49,333 nt of DNA from an uncultured Candidatus Saccharibacteria bacterium (GCA_964504075.1 CAZDCT010000001.1:1333-50665), one strand, 5' to 3'. Counted from the stretch's first letter, positions 17,166 through 26,030 are shown. Numbers and translations: made by a program. The notes: generated from the sequence alone by a model not told the origin.

Positions 17166-17956
17166 ATTTCGAGAAAATCACAATGATAACAATATTTATT
17201 TTTTTGAGGAAGAAAATCTTTGGTCTGCTGAATTTTATCAATTTTTTTCAAAACCTGATCTTTGATTTGATCTTGATTTATGTTTGAAACATCAAAATCT
17301 ACTATTTCTCCCCCATTAAGATAATAAAAACTCACAATCCTTACTAATGTTTTAAAATTTAATTCAGCTAAAAACTTATAAAAGATAAGTTGAAACTTAT
17401 TAGATTCATTTTTATTAGTTTTAAAATCAATAATTCTTAAAGTGTTGTCTTCTAATTTATCAATTCGGTCAAACTTGCCTGAGATCGAAAAATTATCGTT
17501 TAATGGTTTAATCATTTCTTCATAATCATAAAAAGAATCTTTGATTTGTTTGGTTGGAATATAGAATAGATGAGGATTTGGTTCTTCTATATCAAAGAAC
17601 TTCTTAAGCATTAGCAGAGCCTGAGCATAAGAAGTTCTTTCATGTTGTAAATCACGAAAACCCCCCAATTTACCTAAAGGCATGCCCTGAGATGAATCAA
17701 GCTCTGAAAACCATGCTCTTGATAAACATTTCTTCAGATTTTCAAAAGTTCTTTCCGGTTTAGGCAAATGATAAAAAAGAGTAATTGCTCCATGGACTGC
17801 CTGACCTTTGGTTTTATAATCCCGAGGTTTTAAAAATTGCTTTTTTATAGGAGCAATTTCTGGATCAAGATAGTTAAAATAGTATTGTTTGGGACATTTT
17901 TCAAAAAGACTAAGTTTGGAATAAGAATAAATTTTCGAAAAATCAATCTTTTTCAT
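17138..17956 (-). CDS. PD-(D/E)XK nuclease, Cas4/AddB-like with Cys cluster
   Basis: N-terminal Cys (FEKCPKQYYF), catalytic-like IDFKT, and C-terminal CYHCDFLEIC give the Cas4-type 4-Cys arrangement. Confidence 0.65.
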   Translation of the reverse strand: MKKIDFSKIYSYSKLSLFEKCPKQYYFNYLDPEIAPIKKQFLKPRDYKTKGQAVHGAITLFYHLPKPERTFENLKKCLSRAWFSELDSSQGMPLGKLGGFRDLQHERTSYAQALLMLKKFFDIEEPNPHLFYIPTKQIKDSFYDYEEMIKPLNDNFSISGKFDRIDKLEDNTLRIIDFKTNKNESNKFQLIFYKFLAELNFKTLVRIVSFYYLNGGEIVDFDVSNINQDQIKDQVLKKIDKIQQTKDFLPQKNKYCYHCDFLEICKTQQKIT

Positions 17957-18171
17957 TTAATTTCAAAAATTTTATTGCCTTGTTTAAAACCTCTAACCAA
18001 TCTTAATTTAGATTCTGAAATCTTGAAATAATCAGCTAAAGTTTGTTTAATAGCAAGATTAGCCAAACCTTTAACTGGTTTTGCTTTAACAAAAACATCA
18101 AAACTGTCTTTGCTTTTTTCAACAACCTTGTTTTCTCTAGCTTCGGGAAAAGCCCTAACCTTAATTAGCAT
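17953..18171 (-). CDS. DUF167 (YggU-like) protein
   Basis: 72 aa. IKVRAFPEARENKV...VKAKPVKGLANLAI...LRLVRGFKQGNKIFEI matches the DUF167 pattern. Confidence 0.7.
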   Translation of the reverse strand: MLIKVRAFPEARENKVVEKSKDSFDVFVKAKPVKGLANLAIKQTLADYFKISESKLRLVRGFKQGNKIFEIK

Positions 18172-18172
18172 T

Positions 18173-18835
18173 TTAAAGAAGCTTGAAATTATTGATAACT
18201 AAACCAAATTGATAACCCAAATATTTAGCTGCTTCTCGGCAATAAACCATACGTTGAGTAAAGATTTCAAAATACTCTATTACTGGTACGAAATTACTAT
18301 CAATCTTTAACATAAGAGTAATTCTTTTTTTCTTTTTATCAACCAATAATTTAGACATTGTTGTGGCAAAATTGACTCTGTCATGAATATCAGCTTTAAT
18401 TTTGTCCATTTTCTTTACTAATACTCTAGAACGGCGAACATCTGATTTATCAGCTAAAATTAAAACAGCTGAAATGGGGTTTGAAAACTCCATTTCATCT
18501 CTATCATGCATGCTAATGGCTCTCATAATTTTAGATATTTTAGAAGGAGAAAAATCATTTTGGAAAACCTGATGAAAAAGTAAGGCTCCAAAATAATGAT
18601 GATAACTTCTACTTACAAAAGAAGCCATGTCATGACAAAAACCAGCAATAGCAGACAGTTCTTGCTCTTTTTCTGAAAGACCAATTTTTTGAGCGATTTC
18701 TTTAGCTCGTTTTGCCACTAAGGTTGAGTGATTTAACCCATGTTCAGTATAGCCCGAAGCTTTTAAGCTTTTTTCTGTTTGTTTAATAAATTCTAGAATC
18801 TGAGAATTCTTTTTAATTTCATTTAGTGTTAACAT
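18173..18835 (-). CDS. HD-domain phosphohydrolase
   Basis: H...HD signature (HGLNHSTLVA...GFCHDMA) and a later HDRD. Confidence 0.75.
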   Translation of the reverse strand: MLTLNEIKKNSQILEFIKQTEKSLKASGYTEHGLNHSTLVAKRAKEIAQKIGLSEKEQELSAIAGFCHDMASFVSRSYHHYFGALLFHQVFQNDFSPSKISKIMRAISMHDRDEMEFSNPISAVLILADKSDVRRSRVLVKKMDKIKADIHDRVNFATTMSKLLVDKKKKRITLMLKIDSNFVPVIEYFEIFTQRMVYCREAAKYLGYQFGLVINNFKLL

Positions 18836-19829
18836 ATTTTGTACTTAATTGGCCACAAGCAGCATCAATCTTATCTCCAAAATTGTGCCTTATTGTAGCA
18901 TTAATATTATTTTTCTCTAATTGATTTTTAAACTCTTCGACTGTTTTTTTATCAGGGCTCATAAATTCACTATTAATATCATTGTATCTTATTAGGTTCA
19001 AATGAAACAAGGGTTCGTGTTTTAAGAGTTTAATTAATTTATCAATAGATTTTTGATTGTCATTAATACCCTTCAACATAACATATTCTAAAAACACCTT
19101 TCTATTTGTTTTTACAATATATTCTTTAGCTGCACTCATTAGATCTTTTAAAGGATAATTTATATTAACAGGCATAATTTCAGACCTCTGTTTGTTATCT
19201 GGACTATTAAGAGATATGGCTAGATTGATTTGTAAATTTTCTTCCTGTAATTTCTTAATTCCAGGAATAATACCAGCAGTTGAAACAGACATAGAACGAG
19301 CAGCCAAGTTAAATCCATTTTTATCATTTAAAATTCTAATTGCCTTCAAAACATTATCATAATTTAAAAATGGTTCACCCATTCCCATAAAAACAATGTT
19401 TAAATTCTTTTCATTCTCTCTTTGAGCAAAGAATAAAACCTGATCTACGATCTCTTGCCAGTCTAAATTCCTAATAAATCCCATTTTTCCTGTTGCGCAA
19501 AACTTACAACCCAAAGCACAGCCGACTTGAGAAGAAACGCAAACAGTTTTTCTTTTATAATCATGCTTCATTAAAACAGTTTCTATAAGATGACCATCAT
19601 GTAATTTAAATAAAGCTTTTTCTACCTCTTTATTAGTTTGAATTTTTTCTTCTTTCAAAGAAAATAATTTAACTTCTTTTTTAAGACCCTCTCTTAAATC
19701 CTTTGAAATAGTTGTAATCTTGTCAAAATCAAAAATCAAGTCGCAGAATACGGCTTGATATATCTGAGAAAATCTATAATTAGACTGTCCCTTATCTTCC
19801 AATATTTTTTTAAGTTTTTCTATTTCCAT
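18819..19829 (-). CDS. rlmN: 23S rRNA/tRNA A-C2 methyltransferase RlmN (radical SAM)
   Basis: CALGCKFCATG radical-SAM cluster, MGMGEPFLNYDNV, C-terminal AACGQL. Confidence 0.9.
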   Translation of the reverse strand: MEIEKLKKILEDKGQSNYRFSQIYQAVFCDLIFDFDKITTISKDLREGLKKEVKLFSLKEEKIQTNKEVEKALFKLHDGHLIETVLMKHDYKRKTVCVSSQVGCALGCKFCATGKMGFIRNLDWQEIVDQVLFFAQRENEKNLNIVFMGMGEPFLNYDNVLKAIRILNDKNGFNLAARSMSVSTAGIIPGIKKLQEENLQINLAISLNSPDNKQRSEIMPVNINYPLKDLMSAAKEYIVKTNRKVFLEYVMLKGINDNQKSIDKLIKLLKHEPLFHLNLIRYNDINSEFMSPDKKTVEEFKNQLEKNNINATIRHNFGDKIDAACGQLSTKYVNTK

Positions 19830-19831
19830 TA

Positions 19832-20158
19832 TTAATGAATTTTAGAACCAGGGGGTACTTGCTTGTCAGGCATTAAAAGAATTGGTTCTCCATTAATATC
19901 AGCTGCCAAAAGCATACCTTGACTTTCCATCCCCATCATTTTTTTGGGTTCTAAGTTAACTACCACTATTATTTGTCTACCCATTAATTCTTCTGGTTGA
20001 TAATATTTTTGAATTCCAGCCAAGACTTGTCTCTTTTCTAGTTCTGCACCTAAATCAATTTCTAATTTCACGAGATTTTCAGACTTTTCCACTTTTTCAG
20101 CTGTTATTATTTTTGCAACCCTTAGGTCTATTTTTTTAAACTCTTCAAAATTAATCAT
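19832..20158 (-). CDS. tRNA-binding domain protein (CsaA/EMAP-like)
   Basis: FKKIDLRVAKIITAEKV...KLEIDLG...RQVLAGI...GMESQGMLLAA is a typical tRNA_bind OB fold. Confidence 0.8.
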   Translation of the reverse strand: MINFEEFKKIDLRVAKIITAEKVEKSENLVKLEIDLGAELEKRQVLAGIQKYYQPEELMGRQIIVVVNLEPKKMMGMESQGMLLAADINGEPILLMPDKQVPPGSKIH

Positions 20159-20586
20159 ATTTTAATTTTATTAATATTATTAATGCTTATCCAGGCTGCC
20201 ATAGCTCCAAATCCAGTTTTATCAATATTAAATGGTTTAATCTCTTCTACCCGATCAAAAAATACTATAACAGCATATTTTTTATCTTTGATATAATTTA
20301 GAATTTCAGAAGGAATTTCTTTAATACCCAAATCTTTTTCAGCATGTTTTTTCATTATTTCCAAGGCCTGTTTATTGTTTGACATTTGATATTGTATTAC
20401 TTTGTTTACCCTTGTTTTAACGATTACTGATTCTCCTGAGTTTTTAAAATAAAGATTATCTCCCTTTTTGATTCTGTTCCAAGGAATAATTCTAGACTTA
20501 TACCATCTTGATTCTGCCACCTTTGTTCCGTTAAGAATCTTGGGAATTAGTCCCCAGGATTTTTTCATTATAGCAACATGATCCAC
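20155..20586 (-). CDS. ASCH-domain protein
   Basis: MKKSWGLIPKILNGTKVAESRW...GDNLYFKNSG pattern. Moderate confidence. Confidence 0.6.
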   Translation of the reverse strand: MDHVAIMKKSWGLIPKILNGTKVAESRWYKSRIIPWNRIKKGDNLYFKNSGESVIVKTRVNKVIQYQMSNNKQALEIMKKHAEKDLGIKEIPSEILNYIKDKKYAVIVFFDRVEEIKPFNIDKTGFGAMAAWISINNINKIKI

Positions 20587-20588
20587 GT

Positions 20589-21986
20589 TTAAAGTTTAGA
20601 AGTTTTAATTATATCCTCTCCTGCAATTAATCCAGTTACTGCTGCCCCAACTATTCCCCTTGTTATTCCTGCCCCATCTCCAATCGCATAAATAAAAGGT
20701 ATGCTTGTTCTCATATTTTGATCAACTTTTACTTTTAGTGAATAAAACTTTATCTCAGGAGCGTAAAGCAGGGTTGAACCCTCGGCTATGCCTGGTAAAA
20801 GCTTATTAAGCTGTTCTAAAGAATCTAAGATATTTTCCATTAATCTACCCGGATAAGCCAAACTTATATCTCCAGGAATGGCGGTTTTTAAAGTAGGTTG
20901 AACCAATCTATTAGTTTTAATCCTGTTTTCAGTGCTTCTCCTGCCCAATCTCAGATCTTTAAGCCTCTGGACAATTGGACTTCCCCCACCAAGCTTTGTT
21001 GTTAATCTAGCCAAATCTCTTCCCCATTCATTGGGATATTTAAAAGGTTCAGTAAATTTATAATTCCCCAATAAGGCAAAATTAGTGTTATTTGTTTTTT
21101 CTTTGGTTTTACTATGACCATTTATTAAACAAAAATCATCATAATCTTCTCTAATAACCCATCCTTGAGGGCAGGTACAAAATGTTCTCAAATAATCATC
21201 GTGCTTTTTGGTAACCATTCTGAGTTTGGGATCATAAATTGTAGAAGTTATTTCCTGCATAATAGAAGCTGGCACTTCTACCCTTACCCCAACATCAATA
21301 GCTTTCAGTTCGCTATTTAATGCAAGATTATATTCTCTTGTCCATTTTTCTAGAAATTGCGCTCCCCCTCTTCCAACAGCAATAATCAGGAAATTATATT
21401 GATACTCTTTTCCTTCCTTTGTTGTTATTTTTTTCTCCTTTGGACTTATATCTAAAACAGTTTGTTCAGTGAAAATATCAACATTTTTTTTCCTTAAATA
21501 ATTGTCAATACTTTTTACAACTGTTGGCAAATTATCACTTCCTAAGTGTCTTTGTTTTAGTGGTACAAATTCTATACCAACTTTATTTGCTTTTTTAATT
21601 AATTGATCAATTTTCTCTTTATCTTCTCCGTATAACTTACTGGGTTCTCCATGCTCTAAAAATATTTTGTCCACCTCTTTCATTTTTTCTATCAAATAAT
21701 TTTTATCTAAAAAATCAAAGTTTCCTCCAACAGTATAACTGGATGAATATTCGGGATTTGCAAAAATTAACTTTCCATCAGACAAACCACCCGCTCCCCC
21801 GATACCAGCTCTTATGTTACAAGGAGAGCATTTTTGACAATAACCACCATTTAGTTCGCCTGGACATATTCTTTTTTCAATATCTTTTCCCAATTCAAAA
21901 ATAGCAACTTTTAGTTCCTTGGGAAGCTTATAGCTAGCAAATAAACCACCTGGTCCACCACCTATGATAATGACATCGTATTTCAT
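20589..21986 (-). CDS. FAD-dependent oxidoreductase (COG2509-like)
   Basis: N-terminal DVIIIGGGPGGLFA dinucleotide-binding motif and C-terminal GDGAGITRGIVGAAVTG. Confidence 0.8.
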   Translation of the reverse strand: MKYDVIIIGGGPGGLFASYKLPKELKVAIFELGKDIEKRICPGELNGGYCQKCSPCNIRAGIGGAGGLSDGKLIFANPEYSSSYTVGGNFDFLDKNYLIEKMKEVDKIFLEHGEPSKLYGEDKEKIDQLIKKANKVGIEFVPLKQRHLGSDNLPTVVKSIDNYLRKKNVDIFTEQTVLDISPKEKKITTKEGKEYQYNFLIIAVGRGGAQFLEKWTREYNLALNSELKAIDVGVRVEVPASIMQEITSTIYDPKLRMVTKKHDDYLRTFCTCPQGWVIREDYDDFCLINGHSKTKEKTNNTNFALLGNYKFTEPFKYPNEWGRDLARLTTKLGGGSPIVQRLKDLRLGRRSTENRIKTNRLVQPTLKTAIPGDISLAYPGRLMENILDSLEQLNKLLPGIAEGSTLLYAPEIKFYSLKVKVDQNMRTSIPFIYAIGDGAGITRGIVGAAVTGLIAGEDIIKTSKL

Positions 21987-22030
21987 TGTTTATCAAGGAC
22001 AGACTTAGCCTATCCAATTATTATTGTATC

Positions 22031-22051
22031 AAAAAATCGCCTGTTCGGCGA
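22031..22051 (-). terminator. Second of two tandem intrinsic terminators after ORF 22114..22434
   Basis: Minus strand UCGCC-GAACA-GGCGA followed by UUUUUUGAU. Confidence 0.55.
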
Positions 22052-22060
22052 CTTAGAAAA

Positions 22061-22086
22061 AATAAAAAGACACGTTTTTGTGTCTA
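22061..22086 (-). terminator. Intrinsic terminator after ORF 22114..22434
   Basis: Minus strand AGACAC-AAAAAC-GUGUCU followed by UUUUAUUUUUU. Confidence 0.65.
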
Positions 22087-22113
22087 TAAAAGAAAAGGGG
22101 TTGTCTTTAGAGA

Positions 22114-22434
22114 TTATATTTTGTAAACTTTGCAGCTCTCTCGAACTCTTTCTTGAACCTTAAGCCCGATTAGATCACTAGGATTAGCCTTGTCTATTTT
22201 TTTGTGATTAAGTTCCATTGACTTTACTTCTTGTGTAAAGTCAGTACTCCTGCCACCAGCAATTCTAACAATATCGCCTATTTCCAAAGTACCAGAGAGC
22301 TTAAGTATTGCTACTCCTAGTTCGGAATAATAATGAGTAACCTTTCCAACTTCAACTTTTTGTTCCTCGATTTCAACCACCTCCTTGTTAAAGGACAGTA
22401 ATAAAAATATTAGCAAAATCAAAAAATTTGTCAA
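22114..22434 (-). CDS. Small beta-barrel protein resembling EF-Tu domain 2 (translation-factor-like); start uncertain
   Basis: VGKVTHYYSELGVAILKLSG.LEIGDIVRI..G....FTQEV.SME fits the pattern. The listed TTG start is the TTG of a TTGACA promoter hexamer. A strong SD AAGGAGG lies about 50 nt downstream, so the real start is probably near 22380. Confidence 0.5.
   Translation of the reverse strand: MTNFLILLIFLLLSFNKEVVEIEEQKVEVGKVTHYYSELGVAILKLSGTLEIGDIVRIAGGRSTDFTQEVKSMELNHKKIDKANPSDLIGLKVQERVRESCKVYKI
22407..22434 (-). promoter_or_regulatory. Promoter inside the annotated 5' end of ORF 22114..22434
   Basis: Minus strand TTGACA (22434..22429), 16 nt, TAATAT (22412..22407), then a leader with AAGGAGG. 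Confidence 0.5.
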
Positions 22435-22521
22435 GAATAAAAGTCTATAAAAACAAATTTTATTTAAAAGAGCTTTGTCGAAAAGAGATTTATTTCTTTA
22501 AATACAATTTTTATATTTAAC

Positions 22522-23571
22522 TCAAGCTTTCCAACTCTTTAATCTACGAGTTAGAACGTATCTTGTATTTTGCAGTTCTTGTATATTTTTAGAGCCAGTT
22601 AAAAACATAGCTATTCTTAATTCTTGTCCCATCGCTTTAATTTGTTGTTTTACTTCTTCAGAACTTTTAAGTGCGCTTGCTAACAAACCCTTGGCCATAG
22701 AAGCACCATCAGCTCCCAAAGCAATACTTTTAGCAACATCCAAGCCATTTCTAATTCCCCCTGATCCGATTACACACAAGCCAGCTTGTTTAGATTCTAA
22801 AACACTAATTGGTGAAGGAATGCCCCAATTCCAAAACAACTTACCAAGTCTTTCCTTGTCTTTATTCTTTTGGGCTTTAGCTCTGTAATATTCTACTGCA
22901 GTCCAACTAGTACCACTAAGACCGCTAACTTCTATTGCTTTTACCCCAGCATCTTTTAACAACAAAGCAACTTCTTTAGAAATACCAGAACCAGCTTCTT
23001 TAACAATTACTGGAAATCTTTGAGCCACTTCAGTAATAGCTTTTAGAATGCCTTTAGCATTCTGATCGCCTTCTGGTTGAACTGTTTCATGAGCAAGATT
23101 TAAATGAATAGCAATAGCATCAGCTCCAATCATATTAATAATTTTTTCTATTTGATCAAGTGTTAGGGGAGACTTGTTGCCTTGTTGAATTAATTGAACG
23201 CCTCCAATATTGGCTACAACAAAAGGAATGTCATATTGTTTAACAATAGAATATGAGTCTATTAATTCTGGATTTTCTAAAGCAGCTCTTTGGCTACCAA
23301 TACAAAAACCAATCTTTAATTCTGAGGCAGCTTTAGCACAATTATCATTTAGAATTTTGCCTTTTTCGTATCCCCCGCTCATTGCTCCAATAAAGATTGG
23401 ATATTCTAATTGTTTACCCAAGAAATCAATACTGGTATCAATCTCATTTTTATTGATCTCGGGCAAAGCATTATGAACAAGGCGCACATCGTCCCAATAA
23501 TTATGTTCAGAATCAACTTTTTCATTTAGACAAATCTCTATATGCTCAGCCTTTCTTTTTTTAATTGACAT
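22522..23571 (-). CDS. fni: Type 2 isopentenyl-diphosphate delta-isomerase (FMN-dependent)
   Basis: RKAEHIEICL, TIM-barrel FMN motifs (GAMSGG, VKEAGSGIS, GSGGIRNGLDVAK). Confidence 0.9.
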   Translation of the reverse strand: MSIKKRKAEHIEICLNEKVDSEHNYWDDVRLVHNALPEINKNEIDTSIDFLGKQLEYPIFIGAMSGGYEKGKILNDNCAKAASELKIGFCIGSQRAALENPELIDSYSIVKQYDIPFVVANIGGVQLIQQGNKSPLTLDQIEKIINMIGADAIAIHLNLAHETVQPEGDQNAKGILKAITEVAQRFPVIVKEAGSGISKEVALLLKDAGVKAIEVSGLSGTSWTAVEYYRAKAQKNKDKERLGKLFWNWGIPSPISVLESKQAGLCVIGSGGIRNGLDVAKSIALGADGASMAKGLLASALKSSEEVKQQIKAMGQELRIAMFLTGSKNIQELQNTRYVLTRRLKSWKA

Positions 23572-23572
23572 A

Positions 23573-24847
23573 TTAGTGTTTTTTATCTTTTTCTGAATAA
23601 TAATATTTCTGTTCTCCTATTTCTTTAGGAAAATGAGTTTGTCCAGTCTTAGTATCAGGAAAATCATGAGCATATTTATAATCTTTGCCATAACCAAGAC
23701 TTTTCATCAATTTAGTAACAGCATTTCTTAAATGTAAGGGCACCCCAAAAGATCCTTTTTTAGCATCTTGTTTAGCTTTCAATAAAGCAGTATAAGAAGC
23801 ATTGCTCTTAGGAGCAGAAGCTAAATAAGTAACACCATGAGCTAAATTAATCTGAGCTTCAGGCATACCAACATATTCTATTGCTTGAGCTATTGAAACA
23901 GCTACTCTTAGGGCACTAGAATCAGCGTTACCAATATCTTCAGAAGCAAAAATAACCATTCTTCGAGCAATAAATCTTGGATCTTCGCCAGATTCTACCA
24001 TTCGAGCCAACCAATAAAGAGCTCCGTCAGGGTCTGAATCTCTCATGCTTTTAATAAAAGCGGAAATTACATTATAATGCTCTTCACCTTTTTTATCATA
24101 TCGCAAGGCATGTTCTTTCAGAATTTCTGAAACATGCTTTTCATTAATCTTATTCTCATCTTTTGTTTTTAAAAAATTAACAATAAACTCTAAACCATTT
24201 AAGCCAGCCCGAGCGTCTCCATCAGCAAAATTAATTAATCTTTGCAAAGCTTTTTTAGCAATTTTCATTTTTGATTTGCCCAATCCATTTTCTTTATCAG
24301 TTAAAGCCTTTAATAAAATTGATTCCATTGCTTTTTCATCAAGCGGTCTTAAAACATAAACTGCTGAACGAGACAAAAGAGGAGAAATCACCTGAAAAGA
24401 AGGATTCTCGGTAGTGGCTCCAATTAAGATAATTGTTCCATCTTCAACAAAAGGTAAAAAAGTATCTTGCTGCGCTTTATTAAATCTATGAATCTCATCT
24501 ATAAAAAGAATAGTTTCTTTATTATAAAGCTTGAGACGTTCTTTAGCATCTTTAATTGCTTTTCTAACATCTTGAACGCTAGCATTAACAGCTGAAAATT
24601 TCACAAAATGAGCTTTGGTTTTTTTAGCAATGATCCGAGCCAAAGTGGTTTTTCCAGAACCCGGTGGTCCCCACAAAATTAAAGAACTTAAATTATCGTC
24701 TTGAATAGCTCTGCGCAAAGGACTATCCTGACCAATTAATTTATCTTGACCAAAAAAGCCATCAAAATCTTGAGGTCTCATTCTATCAGCCAAAGGAGCG
24801 TTTTTCTTCAAATTCTTCTGAAATTGCTTGTTAAACAGATCCTCCAT
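23573..24847 (-). CDS. rarA: Replication-associated recombination protein A (AAA+)
   Basis: LADRMRP, ILWGPPGSGKTTLA, LFIDEIHRFNKAQQD, MgsA C-terminal block (YDKKGEEHYNVISAFIKSMRDSDPDGALYWLARM). Confidence 0.92.
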   Translation of the reverse strand: MEDLFNKQFQKNLKKNAPLADRMRPQDFDGFFGQDKLIGQDSPLRRAIQDDNLSSLILWGPPGSGKTTLARIIAKKTKAHFVKFSAVNASVQDVRKAIKDAKERLKLYNKETILFIDEIHRFNKAQQDTFLPFVEDGTIILIGATTENPSFQVISPLLSRSAVYVLRPLDEKAMESILLKALTDKENGLGKSKMKIAKKALQRLINFADGDARAGLNGLEFIVNFLKTKDENKINEKHVSEILKEHALRYDKKGEEHYNVISAFIKSMRDSDPDGALYWLARMVESGEDPRFIARRMVIFASEDIGNADSSALRVAVSIAQAIEYVGMPEAQINLAHGVTYLASAPKSNASYTALLKAKQDAKKGSFGVPLHLRNAVTKLMKSLGYGKDYKYAHDFPDTKTGQTHFPKEIGEQKYYYSEKDKKH

Positions 24848-24861
24848 ATATCTTTATTCAT

Positions 24862-25614
24862 CTATTTTTCTAAATCTTTGACCGCCTGTCTATATTTACA
24901 ATAATCACAATCTTGTCCTGAATTTGGAATTTGATTTGACATTAAACACTCCTTAATATCAAATAAAACTTTCTCTATCCAAGAATCATCACCCTTATAG
25001 GGAATGATTTTAATATCAAATTCAATCTTTTTATCAAAAGCTCTTCTATCGGTTCTGCCATTACAATAAACAAAATATCCTATCTTAGAAACCTTAAAGC
25101 CATTTTTTCTTAATAACCATTGATATATTTCTATTTGGCGCTTGTAAGTTATCTGCCAATCAGCATCAATTGAAACTTCACCATTTTTGGAAGTTGCTTT
25201 ATAGTCCACTACAATTAATTCTCCCTGAGAATTGACCCAAACATCGTCAATAGCTCCCATAATTAATAAATTAGTGGGTTGATGAAAATATTGCACTCCT
25301 TTTCTGGTATCTCTCCACTCATCAATTTTTTCATGTTGAAAAGGTACAGCATCAATACCATATTCTTCCATTAAAGGATGACGAGATTTAGTAATTCTGT
25401 GAGCATCAAATTCTTTTTTTAATAAAGTATCTACAGCCCTATTAAGATTAAAAGGAAATCCAGGAGGACGACTTGTGCCCAAACGTCTATCAAGATAAAA
25501 ACAGCGAGGGCACTCTAAAAACAAATCAATCTTAGACCTGCTTACTTTAAATGGCTCTTTTGAGTTTGGGTCAAATAAATTACTGAACCTTTTTGGATTA
25601 TAATATTTAGACAT
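24862..25614 (-). CDS. PD-(D/E)XK nuclease, Cas4-like with Cys cluster (second copy type)
   Basis: CPRCFY near the N-terminus, GAIDDV...VVDYKAT catalytic pattern, C-terminal CDYCKY. Confidence 0.65.
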   Translation of the reverse strand: MSKYYNPKRFSNLFDPNSKEPFKVSRSKIDLFLECPRCFYLDRRLGTSRPPGFPFNLNRAVDTLLKKEFDAHRITKSRHPLMEEYGIDAVPFQHEKIDEWRDTRKGVQYFHQPTNLLIMGAIDDVWVNSQGELIVVDYKATSKNGEVSIDADWQITYKRQIEIYQWLLRKNGFKVSKIGYFVYCNGRTDRRAFDKKIEFDIKIIPYKGDDSWIEKVLFDIKECLMSNQIPNSGQDCDYCKYRQAVKDLEK

Positions 25615-25626
25615 ATTTAATTTAAT

Positions 25627-25953
25627 TCATAATAGCTTTCTTTGCGTAAAGATTTTAGCAACACCCAAAGCTATTTTCTTACCTTTTTTAGTCAAAGAAA
25701 ATGTAGTTTGAGGATCTCCTGAAATTAACTTTTTATCTCTAAGAGTTCTTAATGGTCTATCTAATTTACGAGTATCAGGCCATTTAGAATTACCAGATAA
25801 AGCAAAAGTTTTTGGAAACAAATTAAAACATTTTTTAACTAATGCCTGAAAACTACATTTTGTATCATTAACAGCTACCAAATAAATACCAAAAAGAATC
25901 AAGTTATTAATTGATACTCTTTTATATAATTGTTCATCAAAAGCTTTTTTCAT
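25627..25953 (-). CDS. Hypothetical protein (108 aa, possibly winged-helix-like)
   Basis: I start at ATG 25953 (MKKAFDEQ...). The listed longer ORF (to 26016) runs through tRNA-Val. Confidence 0.45.
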   Translation of the reverse strand: MKKAFDEQLYKRVSINNLILFGIYLVAVNDTKCSFQALVKKCFNLFPKTFALSGNSKWPDTRKLDRPLRTLRDKKLISGDPQTTFSLTKKGKKIALGVAKIFTQRKLL

Positions 25954-25958
25954 GGGGG

Positions 25959-26030
25959 TGGACGGTACAGGATTTGAACCTGTGACCCCTGCAATGTGAA
26001 TGCAATGCTCTGCCACTGAGCTAACCGTCC
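25959..26030 (-). tRNA. tRNA-Val (anticodon CAC)
   Basis: Reverse complement is GGACGGUUAGCUCAGUGGCAGAGCA-UUGCA-UUCACAU-UGCAG-...ACAGG-UUCAAAU-CCUGU-ACCGUCC-A. CCA is not encoded. Confidence 0.85.

Noticed and set aside
22476-22487. 12-nt match (CTCTTTTCGACA sense) between the fni-downstream spacer and the thrS leader, considered as a third copy of the repeat element.
   Set aside because: In 49 kb of about 30% GC sequence, hundreds of exact 12-mer matches are expected by chance. The flanks do not align.
25954-26016. N-terminal extensions of three listed ORFs (25627..26016, 34875..36455, 36537..36782).
   Set aside because: The extensions are translations of tRNA-Val, tRNA-Trp and tRNA-Thr genes on the same strand. 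Internal ATGs at 25953, 36407 and 36701 give the canonical N-termini.
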